Assembly: GCA_000025185.1 (NCBI GenBank) | Contig: CP001848.1 | Coordinates: forward strand, 3,900,001-3,932,000 | DNA from: Pirellula staleyi DSM 6068 | GTDB taxonomy: Bacteria; Planctomycetota; Planctomycetia; Pirellulales; Pirellulaceae | DNA length: 32,000 nt | Direction: 5' to 3' | Part shown: positions 1-11,637 of the stretch, in pieces | Position numbering within the stretch: position 1 is the first letter of the stretch | Layout: each line of letters begins with the position of its first letter | The notes under the pieces: generated by a model | Told to the model about the DNA's origin: nothing | Database searches by the model: none | What the model saw: only the letters and a program-made list of their open reading frames with translations | Position numbers and translations under genes: made by a program

Positions 1-1175
1 GCCCGATCGAAACCTCCAGGCGGGTGATCATCCATCGGCCAACCACCAAGCGCCACGGCATCGGTGAAATCGCCATTCACTCCCATCAGATCGAACTGCG
101 TCATCAGATGATCGCCGACAAAACGACGGCTCTCGCGCTTGCCGGTCATCATGCCGACCCAGTCGATTGCCCAGTTCTCGCTCGTCGGATGCGCGCCGCT
201 GTTCTTGATGTAGTCCCACACTCCCATCACGATCGACAGCAGTTCGAAACGAATCCGTTCGTTGTCTTGAATCGTGCTGAGCTGACCACCCCATTCGATC
301 CACCAGTAGCCATATTCCCACGAGCCAGTGGGGCGCTTCAGCAACTGCTCTTTCGACACCTTGCGCGCCCACTTCGGTGGTGTGAACGGCATCGGACGGT
401 CGTGCTTGCGCGAGGTAAACAAAATACTGCTGCCGAGCGTTTCCAGATCGGGAGCCTCGGGAGCGAGTGGCTCACCGAACTCGAGACGTGCCTCACGGCC
501 GTAACGAAACTCGGCTCCCACTTCGAGCCCGAGTCGACCATCGCCCGTGCAGTCGAGATAGATGCCGGCCGTGATGTCGTAGATATGTTCGGTCTTGTCG
601 CACCGCACCATCGCCCGGACGATCTTGTTCTCTTTGACTTCCGCCGAGTAAAGCACACTATCGAGCAGCAGCGTGAGGTTCGGTTCGCTGACGCATTTGT
701 CGTACAGCAGCAGATCCCACATTTCCCACGAGCGCTGCGGGTTGTTGGCGGCGTCGTCGAGTCGGAACTCTTCGATCAAGCCACCTTCGCGCCAACCGGG
801 ACGACTTTTGTGGTGATTGGCCCCGACCACATGCATTTTGACTTCGCTCGACGAGTTTCCACCCAAACGCGAGCGGTCATTTACCAGCACCACTTTTGCG
901 CCGTTGCGGGCTGCTGCCACCGCCGCACAAACACCGGCGAGACCACCACCTGCCACAAACACATCGCACTGCAGCTTGACGAGCGTCATGTGCGGTTCGG
1001 CTGTTGCTGGCTGGCGATCGCCTGCTTCCGGGGCGATTTTTCGCATCTCGGCCCGAATCTCATCGACCGTTCGGTCGGCTGCCGATGCCTGAGAAGGAGC
1101 TTCGGCCAGAACCGCGAGGCTGTAGCCTGCAAAGCCCGAGAGACCGACGGACGAAAGAAAATCGCGACGTTTCAC
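1..1175 (-). CDS. FAD-dependent oxidoreductase (PF12831-like) with twin-arginine signal peptide; 3' end runs off the window
   Basis: Absent from the ORF track because it has no stop codon inside the window. Hand translation of the minus strand from GTG (complement of 1173-1175) gives MKRRDFLSSVGLSGFAGYSLAVLAEAPSQASAA (RRDFL Tat motif plus hydrophobic region). This is followed by CDVFVAGGGLAGVCAAVAAARNGAKVVLVNDRSRLGGNSSSEV (GxGxxG FAD/NAD fold). The frame stays open to base 1. The plus ORF 24..1259 is its antisense shadow. Confidence 0.8.
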   Translation of the reverse strand, partial: MKRRDFLSSVGLSGFAGYSLAVLAEAPSQASAADRTVDEIRAEMRKIAPEAGDRQPATAEPHMTLVKLQCDVFVAGGGLAGVCAAVAAARNGAKVVLVNDRSRLGGNSSSEVKMHVVGANHHKSRPGWREGGLIEEFRLDDAANNPQRSWEMWDLLLYDKCVSEPNLTLLLDSVLYSAEVKENKIVRAMVRCDKTEHIYDITAGIYLDCTGDGRLGLEVGAEFRYGREARLEFGEPLAPEAPDLETLGSSILFTSRKHDRPMPFTPPKWARKVSKEQLLKRPTGSWEYGYWWIEWGGQLSTIQDNERIRFELLSIVMGVWDYIKNSGAHPTSENWAIDWVGMMTGKRESRRFVGDHLMTQFDLMGVNGDFTDAVALGGWPMDDHPPGGFDR

Positions 1176-1341
1176 GGCAGAACCTCGGAGAGAGAGGTTG
1201 AGAAGCGGAGAACATTTGGGGCCTGCCCTGTTAGGTCGGACAGACCCCGCCAACCTTAGTGCCATGGTATCGACTATCCCGAGCCGATGCCACGTTTTCT
1301 GTCGCTTCCTTTCGCAGCGGAAGCTGGCGATTGCTGAGGAC

Positions 1342-2556
1342 TTACGAAGCCTTGGCCTTCTGTGTCTCGACCCAGTCTTCGAGCATCTGGAACTGACGCA
1401 CGAAGTCGTGCTCGGTCGTTCCCAGCGGGCTCTTGAAGAAGCTGGCTAGGAACGTCAGCAGACCTTTCTCGCCCAGTCGCGAGGCCAGATCAGTGAGTCG
1501 CACCAGATCGATTACCAGCGGCGCGGCGAGGAGCGAATCGCACCCTTGCCAGGTGAACTGCATCACCATCGGCGTGCCGAGGAAACCCTTAAAGTGGATA
1601 TGATCCCAGGCTGTCTTCCAGTCGCCAAGGCTTTCGATGTACTCAATACTTACCAACGTTTGAGGTGAATAACCCAAGATTTGGTGGAGCAAACGATCTT
1701 TGCTACGAACCTTGGTCTTCTTATTAGAAGGATCGTCTAATACCTTCCCATCCATGTTGCCAAAAATATTATGACCAACCCAGCTCATCACCTGCAAATT
1801 GCGGGCGGCAAACATGGGGGCCAAAGCACTTTTGAGGAGCGTTTCGCCCGTTTTGCCATCATGGCCAATATGACAAGTGCCACGCTCGATTGCGAGCTCT
1901 TGAATGGCTGCTGGCGCGCTACCTAAGGACGGTGTGAAATTAATATAAGGATAGCCCAAATCGAGCGCTGCAATGGCATAGATCGAACTAGCTGCCAGCG
2001 GGCATTTTTTCGGCTTGTCGAGCAGTTTTTCGAGATCTTTCCACTTGGTGGGAAGGCCATCGTCTTCAATCGGTGGCTCGGTGGAAGCGACGTTCACCAC
2101 AATCACTTGATCGAGCTTATGGTCGCTTGCAAAACCTTTAAGATCGGCTTGAATGCGCTCGATAGCAGCGCGGGGAGTTTCTCCCTTTTTCTTCAAATCG
2201 TCGGAAGCAAACTTCTCAATCGTCGAGCCGACATTCACGAGCGTGCCGCTGCGGTGGTTCTTGTCGATTTTGTCAAGCTCGCCCTTGATGCGATCGACGA
2301 GCGATCCATCGAGCGCGTGGTTGTTCGAGGCGAGTTGCTGCGCTTCGGCATAGAGCGTGGTAGTGCGAATATCGTGACCACCGATCACCATGTCGCCATA
2401 TTCGGGCAGGTCGAGCCCTTCAAATAGTGGCAGGTGGGTGACGAGCCCGACGGGGCCGCACATTCCCTTTTTGAGAGCAACAAGTCCGACTGTGACAGTG
2501 GTTGCAACGCCACCCTTGGCACCAATCAACCAGATGCCGATTTTTCGCCTGGCCAT
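1342..2556 (-). CDS. ino1: myo-inositol-1-phosphate synthase (bacterial/archaeal type)
   Basis: C-terminal 404 aa of track ORF 1342..3441, starting at ATG (complement of 2554-2556): MARRKIGIWLIGAKGGVATT... The sequence shows typical MIPS blocks (VIVVNVASTEP, YPYINFTPS, GHDGKTGETLLKSALAPMF, SWVGHNIFGNMDG). The upstream part of the track ORF is antisense to the aminotransferase gene. Confidence 0.85.
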   Translation of the reverse strand: MARRKIGIWLIGAKGGVATTVTVGLVALKKGMCGPVGLVTHLPLFEGLDLPEYGDMVIGGHDIRTTTLYAEAQQLASNNHALDGSLVDRIKGELDKIDKNHRSGTLVNVGSTIEKFASDDLKKKGETPRAAIERIQADLKGFASDHKLDQVIVVNVASTEPPIEDDGLPTKWKDLEKLLDKPKKCPLAASSIYAIAALDLGYPYINFTPSLGSAPAAIQELAIERGTCHIGHDGKTGETLLKSALAPMFAARNLQVMSWVGHNIFGNMDGKVLDDPSNKKTKVRSKDRLLHQILGYSPQTLVSIEYIESLGDWKTAWDHIHFKGFLGTPMVMQFTWQGCDSLLAAPLVIDLVRLTDLASRLGEKGLLTFLASFFKSPLGTTEHDFVRQFQMLEDWVETQKAKAS

Positions 2557-2796
2557 CGAATGATTCGTTTTCGTTACTGCGGATGGGAGAGAGCTGCTTC
2601 GAGTGGCGGGTGCGACAAGCGATTTGCCCGGCAGAAGCAGGTCGAGGGGGGAAGATGAGCGTCCCGAGCGGGGTCTACCTGCCTGGAAGCTTGTGGCGTA
2701 GGATAGTTGCCTTCGGCATGGGCCGCAAGCGACCACTCTGGTGCGTCTTGGGGCGGCTCGTTTCCCTTTCACGGTTTTTTGAGTCAAGTGGCAGCA

Positions 2797-3990
2797 ATGT
2801 TCGACCTCCTTCCGATGGCTCCCCCCGATTCGATTCTGGGGCTGGGCGAAGCGTTCAAAAAGGACCCTAATCCCAAGAAGATCAACCTCAGCGTTGGTGT
2901 CTACAAGGATGAGCAAGGGCAGACGCCAATTCTGGCGAGCGTGAAGGAAGCAGAACGCCGCATTCTCGAAAGCGAGAAGTCGAAGGGATATCTGTCGATC
3001 GAAGGTTTGGCCGATTACGGCCGCGAAGTGCAAAACCTGCTCTTCGGTGCCGATCATGAAATCGCTGTTGCCAAGCGGGCTGTTACGGCTCAAACGCCAG
3101 GTGGAACCGGCTCGCTGCGGGTCGCAGCCGACTTCCTGCGAAAGCATTTTGCCAACTCCACCGTCTGGTGCAGTAAGCCAACCTGGGCCAACCATCAGGC
3201 GATCTTTCAGGCTGCGGGACTCGCGGTCGGTTCGTACGCCTACATCGATGCGGCAGGGCAGGGGCTCGATTTCGCCGCGATGATGGAATCGCTCGAAAAA
3301 GTTCCCGCTGGCGATGTCGTTTTGCTCCATGCCTGCTGCCACAATCCGACCGGCATCGACCCCACGCCCGAGCAGTGGAAAGAAATTGCCGATCTCGTGG
3401 ATCGCCGCAAATTGCTGCCGCTGGTGGACTTTGCCTACCAAGGTTTTGGCGATGGTTTGACCGAAGATGCCACCGGCCTGCGCGAGCTGGCTCGTCCTGG
3501 CCGCGAACTGCTGGTTTGTAGCTCGTTTTCAAAGAACTTCGGGCTTTACAGCGAGCGCGTAGGTGCCCTGACGGTGGTTGCTGGCAGCGCCGATGCAGCC
3601 GAAAGGGCTCTTAGTCAGGTGCGCATCAGCATTCGCGTGAACTACAGCAATCCACCGCAGCATGGTGCTGCTGTGGTAGCGACGGTTCTCGGCGATCCAG
3701 CACTTCGCCAGCAATGGGAAGACGAACTGACCGCCATGCGCAGCCGCATTAAATCGATGCGCACACTGTTCGTGGCGACCATGAAAAAGCTCGCCCCGCA
3801 GAAGGATTTCTCGTTCATCGAGCGTCAGCGCGGGATGTTCAGCTTCTCGGGCCTGACGAACATGCAGGTCGACGAGCTCCGCACCAAGTACGCCGTTTAC
3901 GTGGTGGGCAATGGCGGCCGGATCAACGTCGCCGGTATGACCCCCTCGAACATGGCACCGATGTGCGAAGCGATCGCAGCTGTGCTGTAG
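2797..3990 (+). CDS. aspC: aspartate/aromatic-amino-acid aminotransferase, class I (AspC/TyrB-like)
   Basis: Starts at the internal ATG 2797 (MFDLLPMAPPDSILGL), which is colinear with the E. coli AspC N-terminus. PLP-lysine motif SFSKNFGLYSERVG is present, as is TAQTPGGTGSLRVAADFL. Length is 397 aa, close to AspC. Confidence 0.9.
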   Translation: MFDLLPMAPPDSILGLGEAFKKDPNPKKINLSVGVYKDEQGQTPILASVKEAERRILESEKSKGYLSIEGLADYGREVQNLLFGADHEIAVAKRAVTAQTPGGTGSLRVAADFLRKHFANSTVWCSKPTWANHQAIFQAAGLAVGSYAYIDAAGQGLDFAAMMESLEKVPAGDVVLLHACCHNPTGIDPTPEQWKEIADLVDRRKLLPLVDFAYQGFGDGLTEDATGLRELARPGRELLVCSSFSKNFGLYSERVGALTVVAGSADAAERALSQVRISIRVNYSNPPQHGAAVVATVLGDPALRQQWEDELTAMRSRIKSMRTLFVATMKKLAPQKDFSFIERQRGMFSFSGLTNMQVDELRTKYAVYVVGNGGRINVAGMTPSNMAPMCEAIAAVL

Positions 3991-4156
3991 TGGACAGCTT
4001 GGCTCAAGCGAGCAAGTTCGTCCCAAGTAATTGTCTGGTAAATCTTTACGCAACACCCCGTGCTTGATCTCGGCCGGGGTAGACCAGCTGCCTAGAATAT
4101 CGCTGAAGTCGAACCCGGTTGGTTTCGGCTGGCGAACTCCTTTCAGGCAGGCAATT

Positions 4157-4852
4157 GTGAACAGCCCAACGCACGGCACTGGCGACCCCTCAACAGGTCT
4201 CGGCGAGCTCGATATCAGCCGCGATCTGGTGATCGTCGTCCATGGGCTGGGTGCGAATCGGCTGGTGATGACTCCACTCTGCTCGCGGCTGTCGAAGCAT
4301 GTCGGCCGGGTGATCAACTGGGGCTATTCGAGCCTGTGGCGTCCGGTCGAGCGTCCTGCCAGTGAACTTGTCGCGCTGTTGCATACGCTCAAGCCAGCCG
4401 ACTATCCGCACGTCCATTTGGTCACGCACAGCATGGGTGGCATTGTCGCACGGCTGGCGATTCGCGAGTTTCGGCCCGAAAATCTCGGCCGATTCGTGAT
4501 GACCGCTCCACCCAACGGTGGTTCGCATGTGGCGACACGGATGGCATCGATCCTGGGCCGCGTTGTTCCGCCGGTATTGCAGCTGCGCGACGCAGCCGAC
4601 AGTTTTGTGCGCTCGCTTCCGCCGCCCGAAGGTGTCGAGGTGGGCATCATCGCCGCGCATCGCGATGCCCTGATTGCCCGCGGAAACACGCAGTTTCCGT
4701 GCGAGGTCAATTGCGAGCATATCGAACTTCCGGGCCGGCATTCTTCGCTCGTTTGGCGTCCAGAAACAGCCGCCGCTGTGGTGCGATTCCTGAAGGCGGG
4801 CCGGTTTTTCCCCGAGCAAAATGGGTCGCTCGATAGTGGCGTGCGTGCTTAA
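4157..4852 (+). CDS. alpha/beta-fold hydrolase (lipase/esterase-like, GxSxG = HSMGG)
   Basis: Track ORF 4031..4852. It contains LVIVVHGLG (oxyanion-hole region) and the nucleophile elbow THSMGG. I prefer GTG 4157 as the start because 4031-4156 uses rare codons (tta, aga, ata, agg). The start remains uncertain. Confidence 0.7.
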   Translation: MNSPTHGTGDPSTGLGELDISRDLVIVVHGLGANRLVMTPLCSRLSKHVGRVINWGYSSLWRPVERPASELVALLHTLKPADYPHVHLVTHSMGGIVARLAIREFRPENLGRFVMTAPPNGGSHVATRMASILGRVVPPVLQLRDAADSFVRSLPPPEGVEVGIIAAHRDALIARGNTQFPCEVNCEHIELPGRHSSLVWRPETAAAVVRFLKAGRFFPEQNGSLDSGVRA

Positions 4853-4862
4853 GCGGACGCGT

Positions 4863-5321
4863 TTATTCTCGTGCGCCGATGCCAGTGACATCTTTGGTCA
4901 GCAACAGAATTCGGGGCTCCCATTTCCCGAACGAAAAAAACTTATCGCCCACTCGCGCCATCGGCGAACCCGTGCTAACGGCGGTGGGGACCAAGAATTC
5001 GTTCACTTCGTAGCTCTTGGGGCCACGTGTGTCGCCACTCTCGACGCTCAAGGCGATGGTGGTGGGATGCGAGTAGACGACCCGAATGTTGTCTTGCTCC
5101 AGGGCTTCCTTCCAGAGTTTTTCCGAAACTTCTGCTTCGATCTGCCCTGTGGCAAAGGTGGCGAGGGCAATGCCGTGCAGCAAGGTCGCGTAGCGGTCGG
5201 CTAACTCCACGAGTCGCCCATTCCTCCGCGACGTGATGGTGGCTGTGACCGGTTCAGCCGCCAAGCTGGGAGTGACTGAACAAAGAATCGCCAGCAGTGC
5301 GAGGGTGAGGCCAAAGCGCAT
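4863..5321 (-). CDS. secreted hypothetical protein
   Basis: Track ORF 4863..5378. The internal ATG (complement of 5319-5321) gives a classic signal peptide, MRFGLTLALLAILCSVTPSLAAEP. I recognise no family. Confidence 0.6.
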   Translation of the reverse strand: MRFGLTLALLAILCSVTPSLAAEPVTATITSRRNGRLVELADRYATLLHGIALATFATGQIEAEVSEKLWKEALEQDNIRVVYSHPTTIALSVESGDTRGPKSYEVNEFLVPTAVSTGSPMARVGDKFFSFGKWEPRILLLTKDVTGIGARE

Positions 5322-5567
5322 GGGGGAAGACCTTCGTGAGAGGAGTGGCCAGGGTCGGTTTCCTGGCGAGATCGCCACCGGCGTAGTATCGAGAAGCCGG
5401 GCTGGCGATGCAAACGCTGTGTGACCAACGTGTTACGTTGCGATTGTCTACCCGATTAGGCTGAAGCGGGCGAGGAGCAAGACGGCCAAAATGGGGCGCA
5501 CACGCATCTTCTGCCCCTTCTGCCAAAATGGCACCTACAGCCAGCGGTGGTACCTTCAGCACCCCTC

Positions 5568-5583
5568 TGTGAACTTCTTCACA
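5568..5583. promoter_or_regulatory. perfect TGTGA-N6-TCACA palindrome (CRP/FNR-family consensus core)
   Basis: Sequence tgtgaacttcttcaca read directly. It lies in the 617-bp spacer between the divergent genes starting at 5321 (-) and 5939 (+). An AT-rich ATAAAT box sits at 5602-5607. Confidence 0.3.
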
Positions 5584-5787
5584 AGTCGTAAGTGTATTGA
5601 AATAAATGGTTTAGGGATGAATCTGTGGCGTCTGGCGCGCTCTTTGCTCTATGGGGCTGCCAAAGAGTGACGCTGTCATTTTCGCGACGAAGGTGCGGCT
5701 GCGAAGCGCGTGTGGTGAGCTGATGTCAGTTCCCCGCCGCTATCAGCCCCGCCCCGTTGCACCGTCGGTCAACTACCAACGTTGTTC

Positions 5788-5812
5788 ATTTCAGCACCGC
5801 TTATTTCAGCAC
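5788..5812 (+). promoter_or_regulatory. tandem direct repeat ATTTCAGCAC x2 (15-nt period) upstream of groEL copy 1
   Basis: 5788-5797 and 5803-5812 are identical 10-mers. The second ends 126 nt before the groEL GTG. Function is unknown. Confidence 0.3.
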
Positions 5813-5938
5813 AGTTACCCACCCCAGGTTGTGGCTTTCAGGCAAGGCTCGCGAGAACCGTAGGGATCTTGGCCCGTCAACCTCACCCAACCCAACGTGC
5901 TCTCGGCTAAGGCTTGTAGGCATCAGGAGTAATCAATC

Positions 5939-7636
<1,698 letters not shown>

Positions 7637-7722
7637 TCAGCCCCTCAGCTTCAGCCGGTCCAGCAAGCTACAAACACAACTTAATCACACACAAAAATTT
7701 GCGTCAAGAAAGAACATTCACC

Positions 7723-8022
7723 ATGGCCAAGATCAAGATTCGTCCCCTCGATGACCGTGTCGTAGTTCAACCTGTGGAATCGGAAGATCGTACCGCTGGC
7801 GGTATCGTGCTTCCCGATTCGGCCAAGGAAAAGCCACAACGGGGAACTGTCCTCGCTGTGGGACCTGGCAAGTTGCTCGAGAACGGTCAGCGCGGTGAGT
7901 TGTCGGTCAGCGTCGGCGATCAAGTGATCTACGGCAAGTACGGCGGAACCGACATCGAAGTGAACGGCGACGATGTGAAGATCCTTCGCGAAAGCGATAT
8001 CCTCGCCAAAGTGGTCGAATAG
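7723..8022 (+). CDS. groES: co-chaperonin GroES
   Basis: Internal ATG 7723 gives [49 protein letters not shown], a canonical GroES including the mobile loop. Length is 99 aa. Confidence 0.95.
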   Translation: MAKIKIRPLDDRVVVQPVESEDRTAGGIVLPDSAKEKPQRGTVLAVGPGKLLENGQRGELSVSVGDQVIYGKYGGTDIEVNGDDVKILRESDILAKVVE

Positions 8023-8083
8023 TCGGCCAAGACCATCACCAAAATAACTCAACCAATCACTTCCTCGAGAGGGGACTCGTAGC

Positions 8084-9703
8084 GTGCCAAAACAAATTCT
8101 ATTCGACGATCATGCCCGTGCAAAAATGCTCGCGGGTGTTGAAAAGCTGGCCGATGCCGTCGCTGTAACGATGGGCCCGACCGGTAAGAACGTCATCATC
8201 GACAAGTCGTTCGGCGGCCCCACTGTGACCAAAGACGGTGTGACGGTAGCCAAGGAAATCGAACTCGAAGACCGCTTCGAAAACATGGGCGCAAAGCTCG
8301 TGGTCGAAGTCGCTCAAAAGACCTCGGACCTCGCTGGCGACGGCACCACCACCGCCACCGTGCTGGCCCGGGCGATCTTCAAAGAAGGTCTGCGTAACGT
8401 GTCGGCTGGTAACAATCCAACCGCTGTTCGCCGTGGTATCGACAAAGCTGTCGAAGCTGCCACCAAGAAGCTGCTGGACATGGCCAAGCCTGTCACCAGC
8501 AAAGAAGAAGTGGCCAACGTCGGCGCTATCTCGGCCAACAACGACCGCACCATCGGCGACCTGCTCGCCGAAGCGCTGCACCGCGTTGGCAAAGATGGTG
8601 TGATCACCGTCGAAGAAGGCAAGTCGACCGATACCAAAGTCGAATACGTCGATGGTATGCAGTTCGACAAGGGATTCATCTCCCCCTACTTCATCAACCG
8701 TCAAGCCACGATGGACGTGATGATGGATGATGCCCTGATCCTCATCCACGAGAAGAAGATCAGCAACATTCGCGACATCGTGCCGATCCTCGAGAAGGTG
8801 AGCCAGTCGGGCAAGCCTCTCCTGATCATCGCCGAAGATGTCGACGCTGAAGCCCTCACGCTGCTGGTGGTGAACAAGCTTCGCGGTGTGCTGAATGTTT
8901 GTGCCGTGAAGGCTCCCGGTTTCGGCGACCGCCGCAAGGCGATGCTCGGCGATATCGCGGTTCTGACCGGTGGCACGCTCATCAGCGACGATCTCGGTTT
9001 GCAACTCGAGAACCTGACGCTCGAGCACCTCGGCCGCGCCAAGAAGGTGACTGCCGACAAGAACAACACCACGATTGTGGAAGGTGCCGGCAAGCGTGCC
9101 GACATCGAAAAGCGTATTCAGCAGATCAACAACCTGATCTCGCAAACCGAAAGCGAATACGACAAAGAGAAGTTCCAAGAACGTCTCGCCAAGCTTTCAG
9201 GCGGCGTGGCTGTCATCTCGGTCGGTGCTGAAACCGAAGCCGATATGAAGCAGAAGAAAGCTCGCGTCGAAGACGCGCTGCATGCCACTCGCGCTGCTGT
9301 GGAAGAAGGCATTCTTCCAGGTGGTGGCGTGGCTCTGCTCCGCTGCACCGAAACGGTCGAGAAGGTTCGCGACTCCCTCAAGGGTGGCGAGCGCATCGGT
9401 GCCGAGATTGTTCTCGGTGCTCTCTCGGCTCCTCTGATCACCATCGTCAGCAACGGCGGTCGTGATGGCTCGGTGGTAGCCGACGAAGTCCTTCAGAAGC
9501 CGCTCAACATGGGCTACGACGCCAACGCTGGCGAGTATGTCGACATGTTCAAAGCAGGCGTGATCGATCCCGTTAAAGTGGTTCGCACCGCACTCGGCAA
9601 TGCTGCCAGCATCGCCGCTCTGCTGCTCACCACCGAAGCGCTCGTCACGAACTTCGACAAGGACGACAAGAACAAGCGTTCGGCCGAAGGCGTGGTACGC
9701 TAG
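8084..9703 (+). CDS. groEL: chaperonin GroEL, copy 2 (no GGM tail)
   Basis: GTG start, [19 protein letters not shown]. Full-length GroEL blocks are present. The C-terminus is [17 protein letters not shown] rather than Gly-Met repeats. Confidence 0.97.
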   Translation: MPKQILFDDHARAKMLAGVEKLADAVAVTMGPTGKNVIIDKSFGGPTVTKDGVTVAKEIELEDRFENMGAKLVVEVAQKTSDLAGDGTTTATVLARAIFKEGLRNVSAGNNPTAVRRGIDKAVEAATKKLLDMAKPVTSKEEVANVGAISANNDRTIGDLLAEALHRVGKDGVITVEEGKSTDTKVEYVDGMQFDKGFISPYFINRQATMDVMMDDALILIHEKKISNIRDIVPILEKVSQSGKPLLIIAEDVDAEALTLLVVNKLRGVLNVCAVKAPGFGDRRKAMLGDIAVLTGGTLISDDLGLQLENLTLEHLGRAKKVTADKNNTTIVEGAGKRADIEKRIQQINNLISQTESEYDKEKFQERLAKLSGGVAVISVGAETEADMKQKKARVEDALHATRAAVEEGILPGGGVALLRCTETVEKVRDSLKGGERIGAEIVLGALSAPLITIVSNGGRDGSVVADEVLQKPLNMGYDANAGEYVDMFKAGVIDPVKVVRTALGNAASIAALLLTTEALVTNFDKDDKNKRSAEGVVR

Positions 9704-9760
9704 TCGGTGGCTGATGCCGGGCGTAAGTCGCGCATCAGCGGTTTTGTAGACAAACCAGCC

Positions 9761-9793
9761 AGGCCACTTCGATCGCGAGGTGGCCTGTTTTTT
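9761..9793 (+). terminator. Rho-independent terminator after groEL copy 2
   Basis: aggccacttcg / cgaggtggcct forms an 11-bp stem (one G-U pair) with a 4-nt loop, followed by gttttttg. A weaker hairpin, ctgatgc...gcatcag, lies at 9711-9738. Confidence 0.8.
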
Positions 9794-9867
9794 GCCTAGT
9801 TTCGTGGCGTCACCGATTTTTTCGCCGACGCTAGACTCGCTCGCTTCCTCCAATCGTGGCAGTGCCG

Positions 9868-11019
9868 ATGGCAACCAAACGCGACTACTACGAAGTCCTA
9901 GGCGTTTCGCGCGAGGCGAGTGCGAAAGAGATCTCCGCTGCTTATCGCAAACTGGCGGTGAAGTATCACCCCGATGCGAATCCGGGGGACGAGAACGCCG
10001 TCGTCATGTTCAAGGAAGCGGCAGAAGCGTACGAGATTCTCTCCGACGAAGAGAAACGCGAACGTTACAACCGCTATGGCCACGCTGCTGCCGAGCAAAT
10101 GGGGCAGCAGTTCCACGACGTCGAAGATATCTTCGAAGCGTTCGGGGGAATTTTTGGCGACCTGTTTGGTGGTGGCGGCAGGCGGGGTGGAAAGCGTCAG
10201 CGTCGCGGACAAAACATTCGTGTCGATGTCACCCTCGATCTCGAAGAAGCTGCTCGCGGCGTGAAGCGAACCGTCGAGTTTCCACGCAGTAAATCGTGCG
10301 AAACTTGCAGCGGCAGCGGCAGCCGACCTGGCGCGCAGAAAGCAACCTGTCGGCGCTGCAATGGCCATGGCCAGGTGGTGCAATCGATGGGCTTTGTGCG
10401 TGTTCAAACGACATGCCCCGGCTGCAACGGCAGCGGTTCGATGATCACCGACCCGTGCGAATCGTGTCGCGGCGGTGGCTACGTGCAGAAGATGGAACAG
10501 CTGGAAGTGAGCATTCCAGCAGGCATCGACGATGGGATGCAAGTTCGGCTCTCGGGGCATGGTGAACCGAGTCCCGATGGTGGGCCGCCCGGCGATGTCT
10601 ATTGCTTCGTTTCCGTGCGTAAGCATCAGCTGTTTCAGCGTGATGGGGTGCATCTGATCCTGCAAATGCCGATCACGTTTAGTCAGGCAGCGCTCGGCGC
10701 GACGATCGAAGTTCCAACGCTCGACGGTCCGCACGATCTGAAGGTTTCAGCCGGCACACAATCGGGAGAAGTCTTCCGCATTCGTGGTCGTGGCGTTGCC
10801 GACCCGCGTGGTGGAGGTGTCGGGGATTTACTGGTTCAAACCCACATCGAAGTGCCGAAGAAACTCAACGCCCGTCAAAAAGAATTGCTCCGCGAACTTG
10901 CGGAACTCGAACACGCTAATGTTTCGCCGCAGCGTAAATCGTTTCTCGAGCGGCTGCGCGATTATTTCGCCCCCGTCGAGACCAAACCTGCGGCCAGTGA
11001 GGAGAAACAATCATCATGA
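9868..11019 (+). CDS. dnaJ: molecular chaperone DnaJ (type I: J domain, G/F region, four CxxCxGxG zinc-finger motifs)
   Basis: [36 protein letters not shown] (HPD motif). G/F region [13 protein letters not shown]. Zinc-finger motifs [32 protein letters not shown]. Confidence 0.95.
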   Translation: MATKRDYYEVLGVSREASAKEISAAYRKLAVKYHPDANPGDENAVVMFKEAAEAYEILSDEEKRERYNRYGHAAAEQMGQQFHDVEDIFEAFGGIFGDLFGGGGRRGGKRQRRGQNIRVDVTLDLEEAARGVKRTVEFPRSKSCETCSGSGSRPGAQKATCRRCNGHGQVVQSMGFVRVQTTCPGCNGSGSMITDPCESCRGGGYVQKMEQLEVSIPAGIDDGMQVRLSGHGEPSPDGGPPGDVYCFVSVRKHQLFQRDGVHLILQMPITFSQAALGATIEVPTLDGPHDLKVSAGTQSGEVFRIRGRGVADPRGGGVGDLLVQTHIEVPKKLNARQKELLRELAELEHANVSPQRKSFLERLRDYFAPVETKPAASEEKQSS

Positions 11020-11549
11020 CGATCGACCCAACTTCCGATCCATCCGCCGATGCTACCGAAGCAGCGATTGGTGAAACGGCTTTTCAGCAGCAATTGGCAA
11101 AACTCGAAGCCGAGGTCAAAGAGGCCAACGAGCGCGTGCTCCGTGGTCAGGCCGAGCTTGAGAACTATCGCAAGCGCTCGCGCCGGGAACTCGAAGACGA
11201 TCGCAAGTACGCCGCCCTCCCTTTAGCGCGCGATCTGCTGAGCGTGATCGACAACTTGCAGCGTGCCCTCGATGCCGCCGCGAAGGCCGAATCGAGTGGC
11301 GATTTGCTCCTCGGTGTGAAGATGGTGCTCGGTCAACTGCAGGGAATATTGGCCCAGCATCAGTGCGTGCCGATCGAAACGGTCGGCCAGGCATTTGACC
11401 CCAACTTCCATCAGGCGATTGCTCAAGAGCCGAGCGACGAACATGCCGCAGGTGTGGTCACGCGCGCCGCTCAGGTGGGCTATAAACTCCACGACCGCGT
11501 GATTCGTCCTGCCCAAGTCTTTGTGTCGACCGGACCTGCCTCGGCCTAA
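11016..11549 (+). CDS. grpE: nucleotide exchange factor GrpE
   Basis: The ATG overlaps the dnaJ stop (ATGA at 11016-11019). [40 protein letters not shown] and the C-terminal beta domain ([16 protein letters not shown]) are typical of GrpE. Confidence 0.9.
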   Translation: MTIDPTSDPSADATEAAIGETAFQQQLAKLEAEVKEANERVLRGQAELENYRKRSRRELEDDRKYAALPLARDLLSVIDNLQRALDAAAKAESSGDLLLGVKMVLGQLQGILAQHQCVPIETVGQAFDPNFHQAIAQEPSDEHAAGVVTRAAQVGYKLHDRVIRPAQVFVSTGPASA

Positions 11550-11637
11550 TCGCACGAGCTATTACGCTGCGAAATTACACTCCGAACTCTCGCCTCACGT
11601 TTGAATCACTCACAGCCTTCGTGCTGGAGACCTAACG

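Noticed and set aside
24-1259. 411-aa plus-strand ORF covering the left end
   Set aside because: Its composition is Arg/His/Cys-rich and it has no recognisable motifs. The opposite strand encodes a clean Tat-signal FAD oxidoreductase in the same interval, so this is an antisense shadow ORF.
2557-3441. N-terminal 295 aa of the 699-aa minus ORF 1342..3441
   Set aside because: The MIPS homology begins at the internal ATG (2556). The upstream extension is antisense to the aspC-like gene and crosses the divergent promoter region.
4031-4156. Upstream TTG-initiated extension of the hydrolase ORF
   Set aside because: It is rich in rare codons (tta, aga, ata, agg) and adds no hydrolase-fold sequence. 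A later GTG start is preferred, with low certainty.
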